This document shows positions 1 to 9,967 of a stretch of 64,000 nt of DNA, piece by piece. The position numbers were made by a program, and so were the translations under genes. Source of the stretch: Frankiaceae bacterium (GTDB lineage Bacteria > Actinomycetota > Actinomycetes > Mycobacteriales > SCTD01); assembly GCA_016650445.1 (NCBI GenBank), contig JAENVS010000011.1, positions 177,099 to 241,098 of the forward strand, written 5' to 3'. Below the pieces are notes generated by a model. The model saw only the letters and a list, made by a program, of their open reading frames with translations, searched no databases and was not told the DNA's origin. Within the stretch, counting starts at the first letter, position 1, and each line of letters starts with the position of its first letter.

Positions 1-310
1 GCGCCTTGGTGACGATGGAACCCGGCGTGACGTCGAGCAGGTCGAAGAGCAGGAAGGAGACCTTGTCCTCCTGGCCGGCCTGGGCCGCTACCGCGAGGTT
101 GCCCGCGGCCACCCGGTCAACCGCGGTGTTCGTGACGTTCGGCGGGGCCTGCGGTGACTCGTCGGGCTTGCGAATGCCCTCGGCGTAGAAGTAGCCCGTC
201 GTCGACGGGGCGATCGTGGTGTCCGCAGCTGCTGCCGGACTCACACCGAGGAAGGGAACGGTGGCCGTGGCCAGCGCCATCGCGCCAATCAACCGCAGGA
301 CCTTGCTCAC
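1..310 (-). CDS. secreted protein, N-terminal part (runs off window start)
   Basis: Not in ORF track. GGAGG RBS at 316-320, GTG at 310, translation MSKVLRLIGAMALATATVPFLGVSPAAAADTTIAPSTTGYFYAEG... with Sec signal peptide (AAA-A cleavage site); open to position 1. Confidence 0.75.
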   Translation of the reverse strand, partial: MSKVLRLIGAMALATATVPFLGVSPAAAADTTIAPSTTGYFYAEGIRKPDESPQAPPNVTNTAVDRVAAGNLAVAAQAGQEDKVSFLLFDLLDVTPGSIVTKA

Positions 311-477
311 GACTACCTCCAGCGTCGGCCGGCGGGCGGGTGCCCGTCGCCACAACCTGCTCGTTTCGTCACGCTGCTGCATTCTCCTGCACCCGGGAGG
401 TACCCGAATGTCACGAATCCGCAACCACCGTGCACATTCTGTCTGCTGCAGGTCACGGCCGCAAACGGCGGTGCCGC

Positions 478-1449
478 TCAGGCGGGCGGGTCGGCGAGGG
501 TCCAGCCGCGGATCGGGTCGCCGGCGACCTGCGGGCTCTGCGGACCGTGCGGGCGCTGCCCCCGGGTGATCGCGTGGGCGTAGTACGACGCGTAGCGCAG
601 CGCCTCGCCGATGGTCACCCGGCCGTTCTTGTCGGCGTCGGCCCCGCCCTGGCCGGTGCCGATGTCGAACAGCAGCCCGGTCCAGATCGACTCGCCCCAC
701 GCGGGGTACTCGTAGGACTTCTGGTCGCTGCGCGAGCTGCCGGAGAACAGCACCCGGCTGCTGGGCAGGCTGCCCATGAAGCCGCCCGCCTCGCAACCGG
801 CGATGTCTACCCAGAGCTTGCCCGTCCCAGGGGACAGCAGCCGCGCCAGCTCGCTGTCGGGGATGAACCCCCGGTCGACCGGCCAGAGCTTCTCGGTGCT
901 GCCCGACTGCTTCACGTGCCCCGAGTAGTGGAAGAACGTGAACGTCCCGGGCGTGCTCTTCCCGGCCAGCCACGTCAGGCCGCTGCGGATCGCGGCGCCG
1001 GTGGCCTCGCCGTCGGTGACGACCCGGATGTTCTCTGCCGGCCAGCCGTTGCGCTGCAGGAGCGCCGCGATGAAGCGCACGTCGTTGGCGGAGCCGATCG
1101 TGTCGTGCGTGGGCGCCCGGTAGTTGGTGATGCCGGCCAGGAAGGCGAAGCGCTGCTCCGGCGGCGCTGTCTGCGCCGGCGGTTCGTCGTACTGCGGGCC
1201 CGGTGGGGGTCCGAGCGGCGGGATGACCGACGTCGTGCGCTTCAGGGCCTGCTTCGGCACCGGCGACGGTGTCTCGGAAGGGACGGTCGGGAGCGCCTCG
1301 GGAATCTCCTGGACCACGGGCGTGTCGGCCTGCGCCTCCGGGACAGGGCTGGCGCCGCCCATGCTCCACGCAGTGATGACGCCGGCCACCAGCACCAACG
1401 CGGCCGCCCAGGCGGTCGCCTCGGCCTGCCAGCGCGGTCTGCGGGTCAC
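478..1449 (-). CDS. caspase-family (peptidase C14, metacaspase-like) exported protein
   Basis: N-terminal hydrophobic helix, Pro-rich linker, then FAFLAGITNY...NDV, FFHYSGH (catalytic His) and IAGCEAG (catalytic Cys). Confidence 0.8.
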   Translation of the reverse strand: MTRRPRWQAEATAWAAALVLVAGVITAWSMGGASPVPEAQADTPVVQEIPEALPTVPSETPSPVPKQALKRTTSVIPPLGPPPGPQYDEPPAQTAPPEQRFAFLAGITNYRAPTHDTIGSANDVRFIAALLQRNGWPAENIRVVTDGEATGAAIRSGLTWLAGKSTPGTFTFFHYSGHVKQSGSTEKLWPVDRGFIPDSELARLLSPGTGKLWVDIAGCEAGGFMGSLPSSRVLFSGSSRSDQKSYEYPAWGESIWTGLLFDIGTGQGGADADKNGRVTIGEALRYASYYAHAITRGQRPHGPQSPQVAGDPIRGWTLADPPA

Positions 1450-1486
1450 GTCAGGTCCAACGCTCGGCGGTTGCGGAAAGTGACGG

Positions 1487-2650
1487 TCATACCCCCGCCA
1501 GGGCCGTCGCCAGGTCGCCGAGCAGGTCGTCGACGGTCTCGATGCCGACCGAGAGGCGCACCAGGTCGCCCGGGACCTCGAGCTGCGAGCCCGCGACCGA
1601 CGCGTGCGTCATGCGCGCGGGGTGCTCGATGAGGGACTCCACCCCGCCCAGCGACTCGCCGAGGGTGAACACCTTGGTACGCCGGCAGACCTCGAGCGCC
1701 GCCGCCTCTCCGCCCGCCAGGCGGAAGCTGACCATCCCGCCGAAGTCGCGCATCTGCTTCGCGGCGACCTCGTGGCCGGGGTGCCCCGGCAGACCGGGGT
1801 AGAGCACCGCCGCGACCTTGTCGGAGCTCTGCAGGAGCTCGACGACGCGCTGCGCGTTGGCGCAGTGCCGGTCCATCCGGACGCCGAGAGTCTTGACGCC
1901 GCGCAGGACCAGCCAGGAGTCGAACGCACCAGGCACCCCGCCCATGGCGTTCTGGTGGTAGGCCAGCTCCTCGCCGAGGGTCGCGTCGTCGGTGACCAGG
2001 GCGCCACCGACCACGTCGGAGTGACCGCCGACGTACTTCGTCGTGGAGTGCACGACGACGTCGGCGCCGAGTGTCAGCGGCTGCTGGAGGTAGGGGCTGG
2101 CGAAGGTGTTGTCCACGACCAGGCGGGCATGGGCGTCGTGCGCGACGCCGGCCAACGCCTCGATGTCGGCCACGTTCAGCAGTGGGTTGGTCGGCGTCTC
2201 GCACCAGATCAGGCTCGTCTCGGACCGCACCGCCGCGCGCACTGCGTCGAGGTCGAGCAGGCTGACGGGCGTGGCCTCGACGCCCCACTTCGCGAGGACG
2301 CCGGCGAACAGCCGGTACGTGCCGCCGTACGCGTCGTCCGGGATGACCACGTGCGCGCCGGGCTTGGTCAGCGTGCGCAGCAGGCAGTCCTCGGCGGCCA
2401 GCCCGCTGGCGAACGCGAGGCCGGTCCGCCCCGCCTCCAGGGCCGCCAGGCAGGTCTCCAGGGCCGTTCGGGTCGGGTTGCCGGAGCGGCTGTACTCGTA
2501 GCCCTTGTGCTGACCGACCTCGGACTGGGCGTAGGTGCTGGTCTGGTAGATCGGTACGACGACAGCACCGGTGGTCGGGTCGGGGTCCTGCCCCGCATGG
2601 ATCGCCAGCGTGTCGAACCCGTAGCCGCCCTCGGCCCACTCATCGCTCAT
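1487..2650 (-). CDS. metB: cystathionine gamma-synthase/lyase
   Basis: YSRSGNPT, FASGLAA, ETPTNP, DNTFASP, HSTTKY PLP-lysine motif; downstream of cbs. Confidence 0.95.
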   Translation of the reverse strand: MSDEWAEGGYGFDTLAIHAGQDPDPTTGAVVVPIYQTSTYAQSEVGQHKGYEYSRSGNPTRTALETCLAALEAGRTGLAFASGLAAEDCLLRTLTKPGAHVVIPDDAYGGTYRLFAGVLAKWGVEATPVSLLDLDAVRAAVRSETSLIWCETPTNPLLNVADIEALAGVAHDAHARLVVDNTFASPYLQQPLTLGADVVVHSTTKYVGGHSDVVGGALVTDDATLGEELAYHQNAMGGVPGAFDSWLVLRGVKTLGVRMDRHCANAQRVVELLQSSDKVAAVLYPGLPGHPGHEVAAKQMRDFGGMVSFRLAGGEAAALEVCRRTKVFTLGESLGGVESLIEHPARMTHASVAGSQLEVPGDLVRLSVGIETVDDLLGDLATALAGV

Positions 2651-2653
2651 GGC

Positions 2654-3328
2654 TCAAACGGTACGACGCTCCCGCAACCGCGCCAGCACCTCCGCCAGCG
2701 CCGGGTGGGCTTGTTCCACGTCCCACAGCGCGAGCGTGGGGTACGTCCTCCCGCCGGGCGTGATGCGGACGGCGTCCCCGAGCTCGCTGACCACTCGCAA
2801 GGACAGCGCACCGATCCGCGTGTACGCGCTGCAGACCCCGACGCGCGTGAGGTCCACCGCCAGCCAGCTGTCCCAGAGGGGCTCGCCGTCTCGGTCAACG
2901 ATGCCGACGCCACCCAGGCCGTACATGAGTCGCCGCAGCTCGTCCGACCCGACGGCGACGACCTGGGCGTGCGTGCCGCCGGCCGCCAAGCCGTGGAGCG
3001 CAAGAGCGGTACTGCCGTCGAAGGCCCAGCAGACGTGCGCGTCGTCGAAGGCTGCGGCGATGCCCTCGAGTCCGTCCGGGAGCTCGCGGGGCCCGACCAG
3101 CAGCGCATCGACGGCCGCATCCAGGTCAGCGAGGTCGGGCTCCAGCACCGCCCGGATCTGGAGACCACAGGCCGCGAGGAGCCGGTCGAGGGTAGCCACG
3201 GTCGGGGACCGGCGCCCTCCCTCGTACGCCGCCAGCGCGGATCGCGAGGTCCCAGCAGCGGCCGCGAGCTCGTCTCGAGTCCATGCCGCGCGACTGCGCG
3301 CCGTGGTCAACAGCCGGGGAACATCCAT
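2654..3328 (-). CDS. XRE-type HTH protein with C-terminal nucleotidyltransferase-like domain
   Basis: Start set at ATG 3328 (MDVPRLL...); TRDELAAAAGTSRSALAAYEGGRRSPTVATLDRLL is an HTH_3 signature; WAFDGSTALALHG resembles the G-S/G-x-A-x-x-x-H-G NTase strand-helix. Confidence 0.7.
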   Translation of the reverse strand: MDVPRLLTTARSRAAWTRDELAAAAGTSRSALAAYEGGRRSPTVATLDRLLAACGLQIRAVLEPDLADLDAAVDALLVGPRELPDGLEGIAAAFDDAHVCWAFDGSTALALHGLAAGGTHAQVVAVGSDELRRLMYGLGGVGIVDRDGEPLWDSWLAVDLTRVGVCSAYTRIGALSLRVVSELGDAVRITPGGRTYPTLALWDVEQAHPALAEVLARLRERRTV

Positions 3329-3436
3329 GACCCACCGTGCAGCCGCCGACGTCACAGCTGACCGCGGACACAGCACCTGTGGACGCCGCAGACCGCGGTG
3401 GACGGAGTTTTCGCAAACCCCTGTCGCAAGAAATCC

Positions 3437-3471
3437 GGGCCGGATCAGGCCCCTGGGGCCTGATCCGGCCC
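3437..3471. repeat. perfect 17-bp inverted repeat with 1-nt spacer
   Basis: GGGCCGGATCAGGCCCC-T-GGGGCCTGATCCGGCCC between cbs stop and HTH gene. Confidence 0.9.
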
Positions 3472-3528
3472 ACGATTCCGCGAAGTACCGGTCGCGTAGA
3501 CGGCGATCGGGCGGCAGTCGGGCGGTTT

Positions 3529-4902
3529 TCAGGCGTGGGAGAGGAAAGCGAGGACGTCCTGGCGGGTCAGGACGCCGACCGGGCGTCCGTCGGACACCAC
3601 CACCGCCGCGTCCGCGGTCTCCAGGGCGGCCATCGCTGCCTGCACCGACTCGCCCGAGCCGACGAGCGGCAAGGGCGGCGACAGGTGGTCGGCCAGCCGG
3701 TCGGCGAGCTGGGCCTTGCCGGTGAACAGCGCGTCGAGCAGGTCGCGGTCGTGCACCGCGCCGACGATCTCCGCCGTCATCACCGGTGGCTCGGCCCGCA
3801 CGACCGGCATCTGGGAGACGCCGTACTCGCGCAGGATGTCGATGGCCTCGCGGACCGTCTCCGTCGGATGCGTGTGCACGAAGGACGGCAGCGACCCGGC
3901 CGTCCCCTTTCGCGCCATGACGTCGCCGACCGTCTGACCCCCGTCGGCCTGCAGGAAGCCGTAGTCGGCCATCCACTCGTCGTTGAAGATCTTCGACAGG
4001 TAGCCCTTGCCCGAGTCGGGGAGCAGGACGACGACGACGGCGTCCGGCCCGGCCTCCTCGGCCACCTGCAACGCCGCGACGACCGCCATCCCGCACGAGC
4101 CGCCGACGAGCAGCCCCTCCTCGCGAGCGAGTCGGCGGGTCATCGCGAACGAGTCCCGGTCGTGGATCGGGATGACCCGGTCGGGGATCGTCGCGTCATA
4201 CGTCTCGGGCCAGAAGTCTTCGCCGACGCCCTCGACGAGGTAGGGCCGGCCGTCGCCGCCGGAGTAGACCGAGCCGATCGGGTCGGCGCCGATGACCTGG
4301 ACCGCGCCGCCCGACACCTCCTTGAGGTAGCGACCGACGCCGCCGATCGTGCCGCCGGTCCCCATCCCGGCGACGAAGTGCGTGATGCGCCCGTCGGTCT
4401 GCTCCCACAGCTCGGGACCGGTGGTCTCGTAGTGCGCCTGCGGGTTGGCGGGGTTGGAGTACTGGTCGGGCTTCCAGGCGCCGGGGATCTCGCGGGCCAG
4501 CCGGTCGGAGACCGAGTAGTAGGAGCGCGGGTCATCGGGGTCGACCGCGGTCGGGCACACCTCCACACGCGCGCCGTACGCCCGGAGCACGTCGATCTTG
4601 TCCTTCGCGACCTTGTCGGGGCACACGAAGACGCAGGTGTAGCCCTTCTTCTGGGCCACGAGCGCGAGCCCGACGCCGGTGTTGCCGGAGGTGGGCTCGA
4701 CGATGACGCCGCCAGGCTTGAGCGCGCCGGAGGCCTCGGCGGCCTCGACCATCGCGAGCGCGATCCGGTCCTTCACGGACCCGCCGGGGTTGAAGTACTC
4801 CACCTTCGCGAGCACCTGGGCCGTGAGCCCTTCGGTCACCCGGTTCAGGCGAACCAGCGGGGTGTTGCCCACCAGATCGATCATGTGCTCGCTGACCTGC
4901 AT
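3529..4902 (-). CDS. cbs: cystathionine beta-synthase
   Basis: NPGGSVKDR, EPTSGNTG, GMGTGGT motifs plus C-terminal CBS pair. Confidence 0.95.
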   Translation of the reverse strand: MQVSEHMIDLVGNTPLVRLNRVTEGLTAQVLAKVEYFNPGGSVKDRIALAMVEAAEASGALKPGGVIVEPTSGNTGVGLALVAQKKGYTCVFVCPDKVAKDKIDVLRAYGARVEVCPTAVDPDDPRSYYSVSDRLAREIPGAWKPDQYSNPANPQAHYETTGPELWEQTDGRITHFVAGMGTGGTIGGVGRYLKEVSGGAVQVIGADPIGSVYSGGDGRPYLVEGVGEDFWPETYDATIPDRVIPIHDRDSFAMTRRLAREEGLLVGGSCGMAVVAALQVAEEAGPDAVVVVLLPDSGKGYLSKIFNDEWMADYGFLQADGGQTVGDVMARKGTAGSLPSFVHTHPTETVREAIDILREYGVSQMPVVRAEPPVMTAEIVGAVHDRDLLDALFTGKAQLADRLADHLSPPLPLVGSGESVQAAMAALETADAAVVVSDGRPVGVLTRQDVLAFLSHA

Positions 4903-4961
4903 GAGCGCGAGCGTACGGCGGATAGGCTCGTTACCCAGGAGTAACGACGGAGGGAGGAGCC

Positions 4962-5663
4962 ATGGCCGCCGTCCAGCTCGCGCGCAACATTTGGCGCATC
5001 CCGACCGCGCCCTTCGACCTGATCAACTCGTTCCTGCTCGCGGACGACGACGGCTCGCTGACCCTCGTCGACGCCGGCGTGAAGCGGGCCGAGAAGAAGA
5101 TCCTCGGTGCGCTCGCGGGGCTCGGCAAGGCACCCCAGGACGTACGCCGGATCGTGCTCACTCACGCTCACCCCGATCACGCCGGCGGGCTCGCCGGCGC
5201 GAAGGAGGCCACCGGCGCGACCGTGCTCGCGCACGACCGCGACGCGGTCTACCTCCAGAGCGGCAAGCCCCCGCACCTCGACGCGAGCCGCCGCAGCGGC
5301 CGGATCCTGAACCGGGCCCGCGGCGGGTTCGGCAAGGTCGAGGTCGGCCAGACCTTCCAGGACGGCGAGCTGCTGCCCGTCGCCGGCGGGCTGCGCGTGG
5401 TGCACACCCCGGGCCACTCGCCCGGCCACGTCTCGCTGCTGCACGAGCCGACCGGGGTGCTCATCACCGGCGACGCCATCTTCAACGTCCGTGGGCTCCG
5501 CTACTCGCCCGCGCTGTTCTGCACCGACATCCGGCTGTCGCGGGAGACCGCCGACCGGCTCGCCGATCTCGAGTACGACGTCGCGGCCTTCACCCACGGC
5601 GAGCACGTCGCCGACGGCGCGCGCGAGGCGGTGCGGGCCTTCCTGCGCGGACGAGCCCGATGA
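4962..5663 (+). CDS. MBL-fold metallo-hydrolase
   Basis: THAHPDHAG, HTPGHSPGH, TGDA, HG motifs; GGAGG RBS. Confidence 0.9.
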   Translation: MAAVQLARNIWRIPTAPFDLINSFLLADDDGSLTLVDAGVKRAEKKILGALAGLGKAPQDVRRIVLTHAHPDHAGGLAGAKEATGATVLAHDRDAVYLQSGKPPHLDASRRSGRILNRARGGFGKVEVGQTFQDGELLPVAGGLRVVHTPGHSPGHVSLLHEPTGVLITGDAIFNVRGLRYSPALFCTDIRLSRETADRLADLEYDVAAFTHGEHVADGAREAVRAFLRGRAR

Positions 5664-5670
5664 CCGCGTC

Positions 5671-6720
5671 GTGAAGACCCTCGACCTCGCACCGCTGCGC
5701 CCCGGTCGCCGGGCCCGCTGGGTCGCCCGGCGTGCGGTGTACGGCGGCGGCGCGACTGGTCTGCTGGCGGCCCTCGGTGCGGGGCTCTTCGCGGCCGAGG
5801 CGAAGCTGGCGCGAAGGACGATCGGCGAGCCGACGGAGCACGCCCCCGACCCGGCTGGGTCGTACGGACGACCGCGACGAGGCGTGCGACCGCTGCGGCT
5901 GGCGATGCTCGGCGACTCGAGCGCGGCCGGTCTGGGCGTCGACGACGCCGCGCAGACCCCCGGTGCCCTGCTCGCCGGCATGCTGGCGCGCGACCTCGAC
6001 CGGCGGGTCGAGCTCGACCTGCAGGCTGTCACGGGTGCGCGGTCCAAGGACCTGGAGATCCAGGCCCAGCGTGTTCTGCGGCACCCGCTCGACGTCGCGG
6101 TCATCCTCATCGGCGCCAACGACGTGACGCACCGCGTGTCACCCGAGGCGGCAGCCCACGCCCTCGGGCGCGCGATCGCGATGCTCCGCGCGACGGACGT
6201 CGAGGTCGTCGTCGGCACCTGCCCCGACCTCGGCAGCGTCAAGCCGTTGATGCAGCCGCTCCGGGCCCTCGCCCGCGTCCGCAGCCGGGCCATGGCACAG
6301 GCCCAGGCCGTGGCCGCGGTCGAGCACGGCGCGCTTGCCGTCTCGCTCGGCAACCTGCTCGGCCCCGAGTTCGCGACCAACCCGGGGATGTGGGGTCCGG
6401 ACCGGTTCCACCCGTCGCCCGAGGGCTACGCCCGCGTGGTCGACGCCCTGCTGCCCAGCGTCCTCGAGGCCCTCGGCGTCGGCGGCACGACGGAGGTCGT
6501 CGGCGACAGCGTGCAGGACCTCGACGTCGCTGCAGCCGTCGCGGCCAGCACCCCGGGACTCGAGGTCGAGACCCTGGAAGGCGGCGAGGGTGCCGCGTCG
6601 GCCGGTCCCGGTCGCCTTGCCCGGTTGCGCCGGCGGGTCCCGATCGTCGGCCGCGGCGCCCCGGCCGGTCCCACCTCCCCCGAGGACCTCGCCTCCGACG
6701 AGGAAACCGACGAGCGTTAG
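5671..6720 (+). CDS. SGNH/GDSL hydrolase family protein
   Basis: LGDSSAAG, GANDV, DRFHPS; start set at GTG 5671. Confidence 0.9.
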   Translation: MKTLDLAPLRPGRRARWVARRAVYGGGATGLLAALGAGLFAAEAKLARRTIGEPTEHAPDPAGSYGRPRRGVRPLRLAMLGDSSAAGLGVDDAAQTPGALLAGMLARDLDRRVELDLQAVTGARSKDLEIQAQRVLRHPLDVAVILIGANDVTHRVSPEAAAHALGRAIAMLRATDVEVVVGTCPDLGSVKPLMQPLRALARVRSRAMAQAQAVAAVEHGALAVSLGNLLGPEFATNPGMWGPDRFHPSPEGYARVVDALLPSVLEALGVGGTTEVVGDSVQDLDVAAAVAASTPGLEVETLEGGEGAASAGPGRLARLRRRVPIVGRGAPAGPTSPEDLASDEETDER

Positions 6721-6755
6721 CGTTCGACCACACAGGACCACACCAGGAGAGCCCG

Positions 6756-7976
6756 ATGCCCGAAGCCGTGATCGTCTCGACCGCCCGCTCCCCGATCGGG
6801 CGCGCCTTCAAGGGCTCGCTCATCGGGTTCCGACCGGACGACCTGGTCGCGACGATCATCTCAGCCGCGCTGGCCAAGGTGCCCAACCTCAAGCCCGAGG
6901 ACATCGACGACCTCATGCTCGGCTGCGGCCTGCCCGGCGGCGAGCAGGGTTACAACATGGGTCGCGTCGTCGCGGTGCGGATGGGTTACGACTTCCTGCC
7001 GGGTACGACGATCACGCGCTACTGCTCGTCGTCGCTGCAGACGACCCGGATGGCGTTCCACGCGATCAAGGCCGGCGAGGGCGACGCGTACATCTCCGCC
7101 GGCGTCGAGATGGTCAGCCGCTTCATCAAGGGCAACAGCGACTCGCTGCCCGAGACCAAGAACGAGTACTTCGCCGAGGCCGAGGCGCGCACCGCGAAAC
7201 TGGCCGAGGGCGGCGCCGATTCCTGGTCCGACCCGCGTGACGGCGGCGACGTCCCCGACGTCTACATGTCGATGGGGCAGACCGCGGAGAACCTCGCGCG
7301 CATCAAGAACGTGTCCCGCCAGGAGATGGACGAGTTCGCGGCCCGCTCCCAGAACCTCGCCGAGAAGGCCATCGCCAACGGCTTCTGGGAGAAGGAGATC
7401 ACTCCTGTCACGACGCCCGAGGGCAACGAGATCAGCGCCGACGACGGTCCGCGACCGGGCGTCACCGTCGAGGGCATGGCGGGTCTCAAGCCGGTCTTCC
7501 GCCCCGACGGTCTCATCACGGCCGGCAACGCGTGCCCGCTCAACGACGGCGCCGCTGCGGTCATCGTCATGAGCGACACCAAGGCGAAGGAGCTCGGGCT
7601 CACGCCGCTGGCTCGTGTGGTGTCCACCGCGGTCACCGGTCTCTCGCCCGAGATCATGGGCTACGGGCCGAAGGAAGCGATCGAGCTCGCGCTCAAGCGC
7701 GCCGGCAAGACCGTCGGCGACATCGACCTGTTCGAGATCAACGAGGCCTTCGCGGCGCAGGTCATCCCGTCGTACAAGGACGCCGGTATCCCGATCGACA
7801 AGCTCAACGTGCACGGCGGCGCCATCGCCGTCGGCCACCCGTTCGGCATGACCGGCGCGCGCATCACCGGCACGCTCATCAACGGGCTGCAGACGCTCGA
7901 CAAGCAATTCGGCGTCGAGTCGATGTGCGTCGGCGGCGGCATGGGCATGGCCATGGTGCTGGAGCGCCTCAGCTAG
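6756..7976 (+). CDS. acetyl-CoA C-acetyltransferase (thiolase)
   Basis: MPEAVIVSTARSPIGRA, RYCSSS, NEAFAAQ, GHPFG, CVGGG; AGGAG RBS. Confidence 0.95.
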   Translation: MPEAVIVSTARSPIGRAFKGSLIGFRPDDLVATIISAALAKVPNLKPEDIDDLMLGCGLPGGEQGYNMGRVVAVRMGYDFLPGTTITRYCSSSLQTTRMAFHAIKAGEGDAYISAGVEMVSRFIKGNSDSLPETKNEYFAEAEARTAKLAEGGADSWSDPRDGGDVPDVYMSMGQTAENLARIKNVSRQEMDEFAARSQNLAEKAIANGFWEKEITPVTTPEGNEISADDGPRPGVTVEGMAGLKPVFRPDGLITAGNACPLNDGAAAVIVMSDTKAKELGLTPLARVVSTAVTGLSPEIMGYGPKEAIELALKRAGKTVGDIDLFEINEAFAAQVIPSYKDAGIPIDKLNVHGGAIAVGHPFGMTGARITGTLINGLQTLDKQFGVESMCVGGGMGMAMVLERLS

Positions 7977-8349
7977 GACAACCGAGAGGTACGCCGTCGA
8001 GCTGCGCGAGCAGCGACAACGGCACCTCCTCGCCGAGCAGGTCGCGGCGGTGCACGAGCAGGTGCGCGACGTGCTCGAGCGTCGCGCGCCCGACACGCAC
8101 GAGGTCATCGGCGGTCACCGCGAGCTGATCAGGTAGCGCGAGGTCGCTGTCGAGCCGCGGCAACACGCGGTCGGTCTCGCCGGCGGCGACGACGAACGAC
8201 TGCGCGAGGTGATGCGCGAGGTCACCGCGGGTGCCGAACGGCGTCGCCGCATCTCCGGGGCTGGCAGCCCAACGCTGCGGGGTCCAGACCCTAAGCCGGT
8301 CCGCCAGGGAACGGGCTTCGCGGGCGAGCAGCTCCGCCGCGTCGGGCAC
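7969..8349 (-). CDS. hypothetical protein
   Basis: 126-aa ORF with typical amphipathic composition filling gap between thiolase and peptidase. Confidence 0.6.
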   Translation of the reverse strand: MPDAAELLAREARSLADRLRVWTPQRWAASPGDAATPFGTRGDLAHHLAQSFVVAAGETDRVLPRLDSDLALPDQLAVTADDLVRVGRATLEHVAHLLVHRRDLLGEEVPLSLLAQLDGVPLGCPS

Positions 8350-8371
8350 GCGGGGAGGCTACCGTCGGTCC

Positions 8372-9862
8372 GTGCGGACCTGCCGGCCTTGGGTAGCAGT
8401 CGTGATCGCGGCACTCGCTGCCGGCTGCAGCACCGGCACGCCGACGACCCAGACCCCCGCCCTCGGCGTCACGACGGAGTCCGCATCCCCGTCCGACACC
8501 GGCACCACGAGCATCCCGCCGAGCCCGAGCCCGAGCCCGAGCGCGAGCCCGAGTCCGAGCGCGAGCCCGAGTCCCCGGCCAAGTCCGACGGCGACGCCGG
8601 CCGCCGCGTCGTGCCCGACCACATACGCGCTGCCCGATCCGAAGCGTCCGCGGCTGTCGGCGACCGTGTCCTTCTCCGACGGCACGGTGACGGGCACGGA
8701 GCGCATCGTCTTCACCCCCGACCTGGCGGTGTCCGAGATCGTCCTGCGGCTGTGGGCGGCGGCCCCGCGGCCGGCGCGGGCCGGCGGCGGCATCGACATC
8801 AGGTCGACGAAGATCGACGGCCGCGTCGTGACGCCGCGGCGCAGCTCGCCGACGGTGCTGCGGATCCCCGCCCGCGTCGCGGCCGGGCGAGCCGTCACGA
8901 TCGACGTGGCGTTCACCCTCCGGCTGCCCACGGGGATCAACGACCGGTTCGGCCACCGCGGCACGACGGCGTGGTTCGGCAGCGGACTGCCGCTGCTGGC
9001 CTGGGAGCGCGGCCGCGGCTGGGCGGTCGATCCGGCGACCGCGGCCTTCGCCGAAGCATCCACGAGCGAGGCCATGGAGCTGACGTCGTTGACGGTGCGC
9101 CGGGCCCGCGGGCTCAACGTGATCGCCACCGGCGTGCAGGTGTCGGAGGACGGCGTGACCGCGAGGTTCCGGGCGCGGTCCGTCCGCGACGTCGCGGTGG
9201 CGGTCGGGAAGATGCGGGTCGCGCACGTGCCCGTCGGCAACGTCGACGTCGTCGTCGGTGTCGCGCCCGGACTCGCGGACAGCCCGCTGGCAACGGCTCG
9301 GGAGCTGGCGCGCGCGATGCGCGTGCACGCCGCCCGCTTCGGGCCGTTCCCCTACGAGCGGCTCGCGGTGGCGGTGCTGCCCGACATCGGCGGCGGCATC
9401 GAGTACCCCGGCGCGGTCCTGCTCGGCAAGAACCAGATCAGGGACGCGACGGCGAGCCACGAGGTCGCCCACGAGTGGTTCTACGGACTGATCGGCGACG
9501 ACCAGGGGCGCGACCCGTGGCTGGACGAGTCGTTCGCGACGTACGCCGAGGCACTCGACCGGGGCACCGGGCCGACGTACGAGCGGATGACCATCCCGAG
9601 CGCCGGCAAGGGGCAGACCGGCCGACCCATGACGTTCTGGGAGACGCGGCAGTCCATCTACTTCAGGTCCGTCTACATCCAGGGGGGCGTCGCCCTGATC
9701 CAGGCCCGGCGCGCGGCGGGGGCCGCTGCGTTCGACAACGCGCTGCGCTGCCACATCCGCCGCAACGCGCACCGCGTCACGACGCCCGCCGACCTGCGGA
9801 CGTCACTTGCGAAGCTGCCGGCGGCGATCCGGGTGCTGACCGCCGCCGGCGCCCTCCGCTAG
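8372..9862 (+). CDS. lipoprotein M1/gluzincin-family metallopeptidase
   Basis: Lipobox LAAGC, Pro/Ser linker, GGIEYPG (GAMEN-like), HEVAHEW ... WLDE zinc motif; start set at GTG 8372. Confidence 0.85.
   Translation: MRTCRPWVAVVIAALAAGCSTGTPTTQTPALGVTTESASPSDTGTTSIPPSPSPSPSASPSPSASPSPRPSPTATPAAASCPTTYALPDPKRPRLSATVSFSDGTVTGTERIVFTPDLAVSEIVLRLWAAAPRPARAGGGIDIRSTKIDGRVVTPRRSSPTVLRIPARVAAGRAVTIDVAFTLRLPTGINDRFGHRGTTAWFGSGLPLLAWERGRGWAVDPATAAFAEASTSEAMELTSLTVRRARGLNVIATGVQVSEDGVTARFRARSVRDVAVAVGKMRVAHVPVGNVDVVVGVAPGLADSPLATARELARAMRVHAARFGPFPYERLAVAVLPDIGGGIEYPGAVLLGKNQIRDATASHEVAHEWFYGLIGDDQGRDPWLDESFATYAEALDRGTGPTYERMTIPSAGKGQTGRPMTFWETRQSIYFRSVYIQGGVALIQARRAAGAAAFDNALRCHIRRNAHRVTTPADLRTSLAKLPAAIRVLTAAGALR
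8519..8582 (+). repeat. CCGAGC hexamer tandem encoding Pro-Ser linker
   Basis: (CCGAGC)n with occasional GCGAGC/CCGAGT variants in frame. Confidence 0.8.
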
Positions 9863-9955
9863 GCGGTCACGAGGCAGAACTCGTTGCCCTCCGGGTCGGC
9901 GAAGACCCGCCACGGCACGTCGCCGCCCTGCACGCCGGACACCGGCCGGGCGCCG
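9859..9955 (-). pseudogene. VOC/glyoxalase family gene, 3' fragment only
   Basis: GARPVSGVQGGDVPWRVFADPEGNEFCLVTA* is a VOC C-terminus; upstream frame is not VOC-like and no RBS/start is visible. Confidence 0.7.
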
Positions 9956-9967
9956 CGCGGCCGGCCG

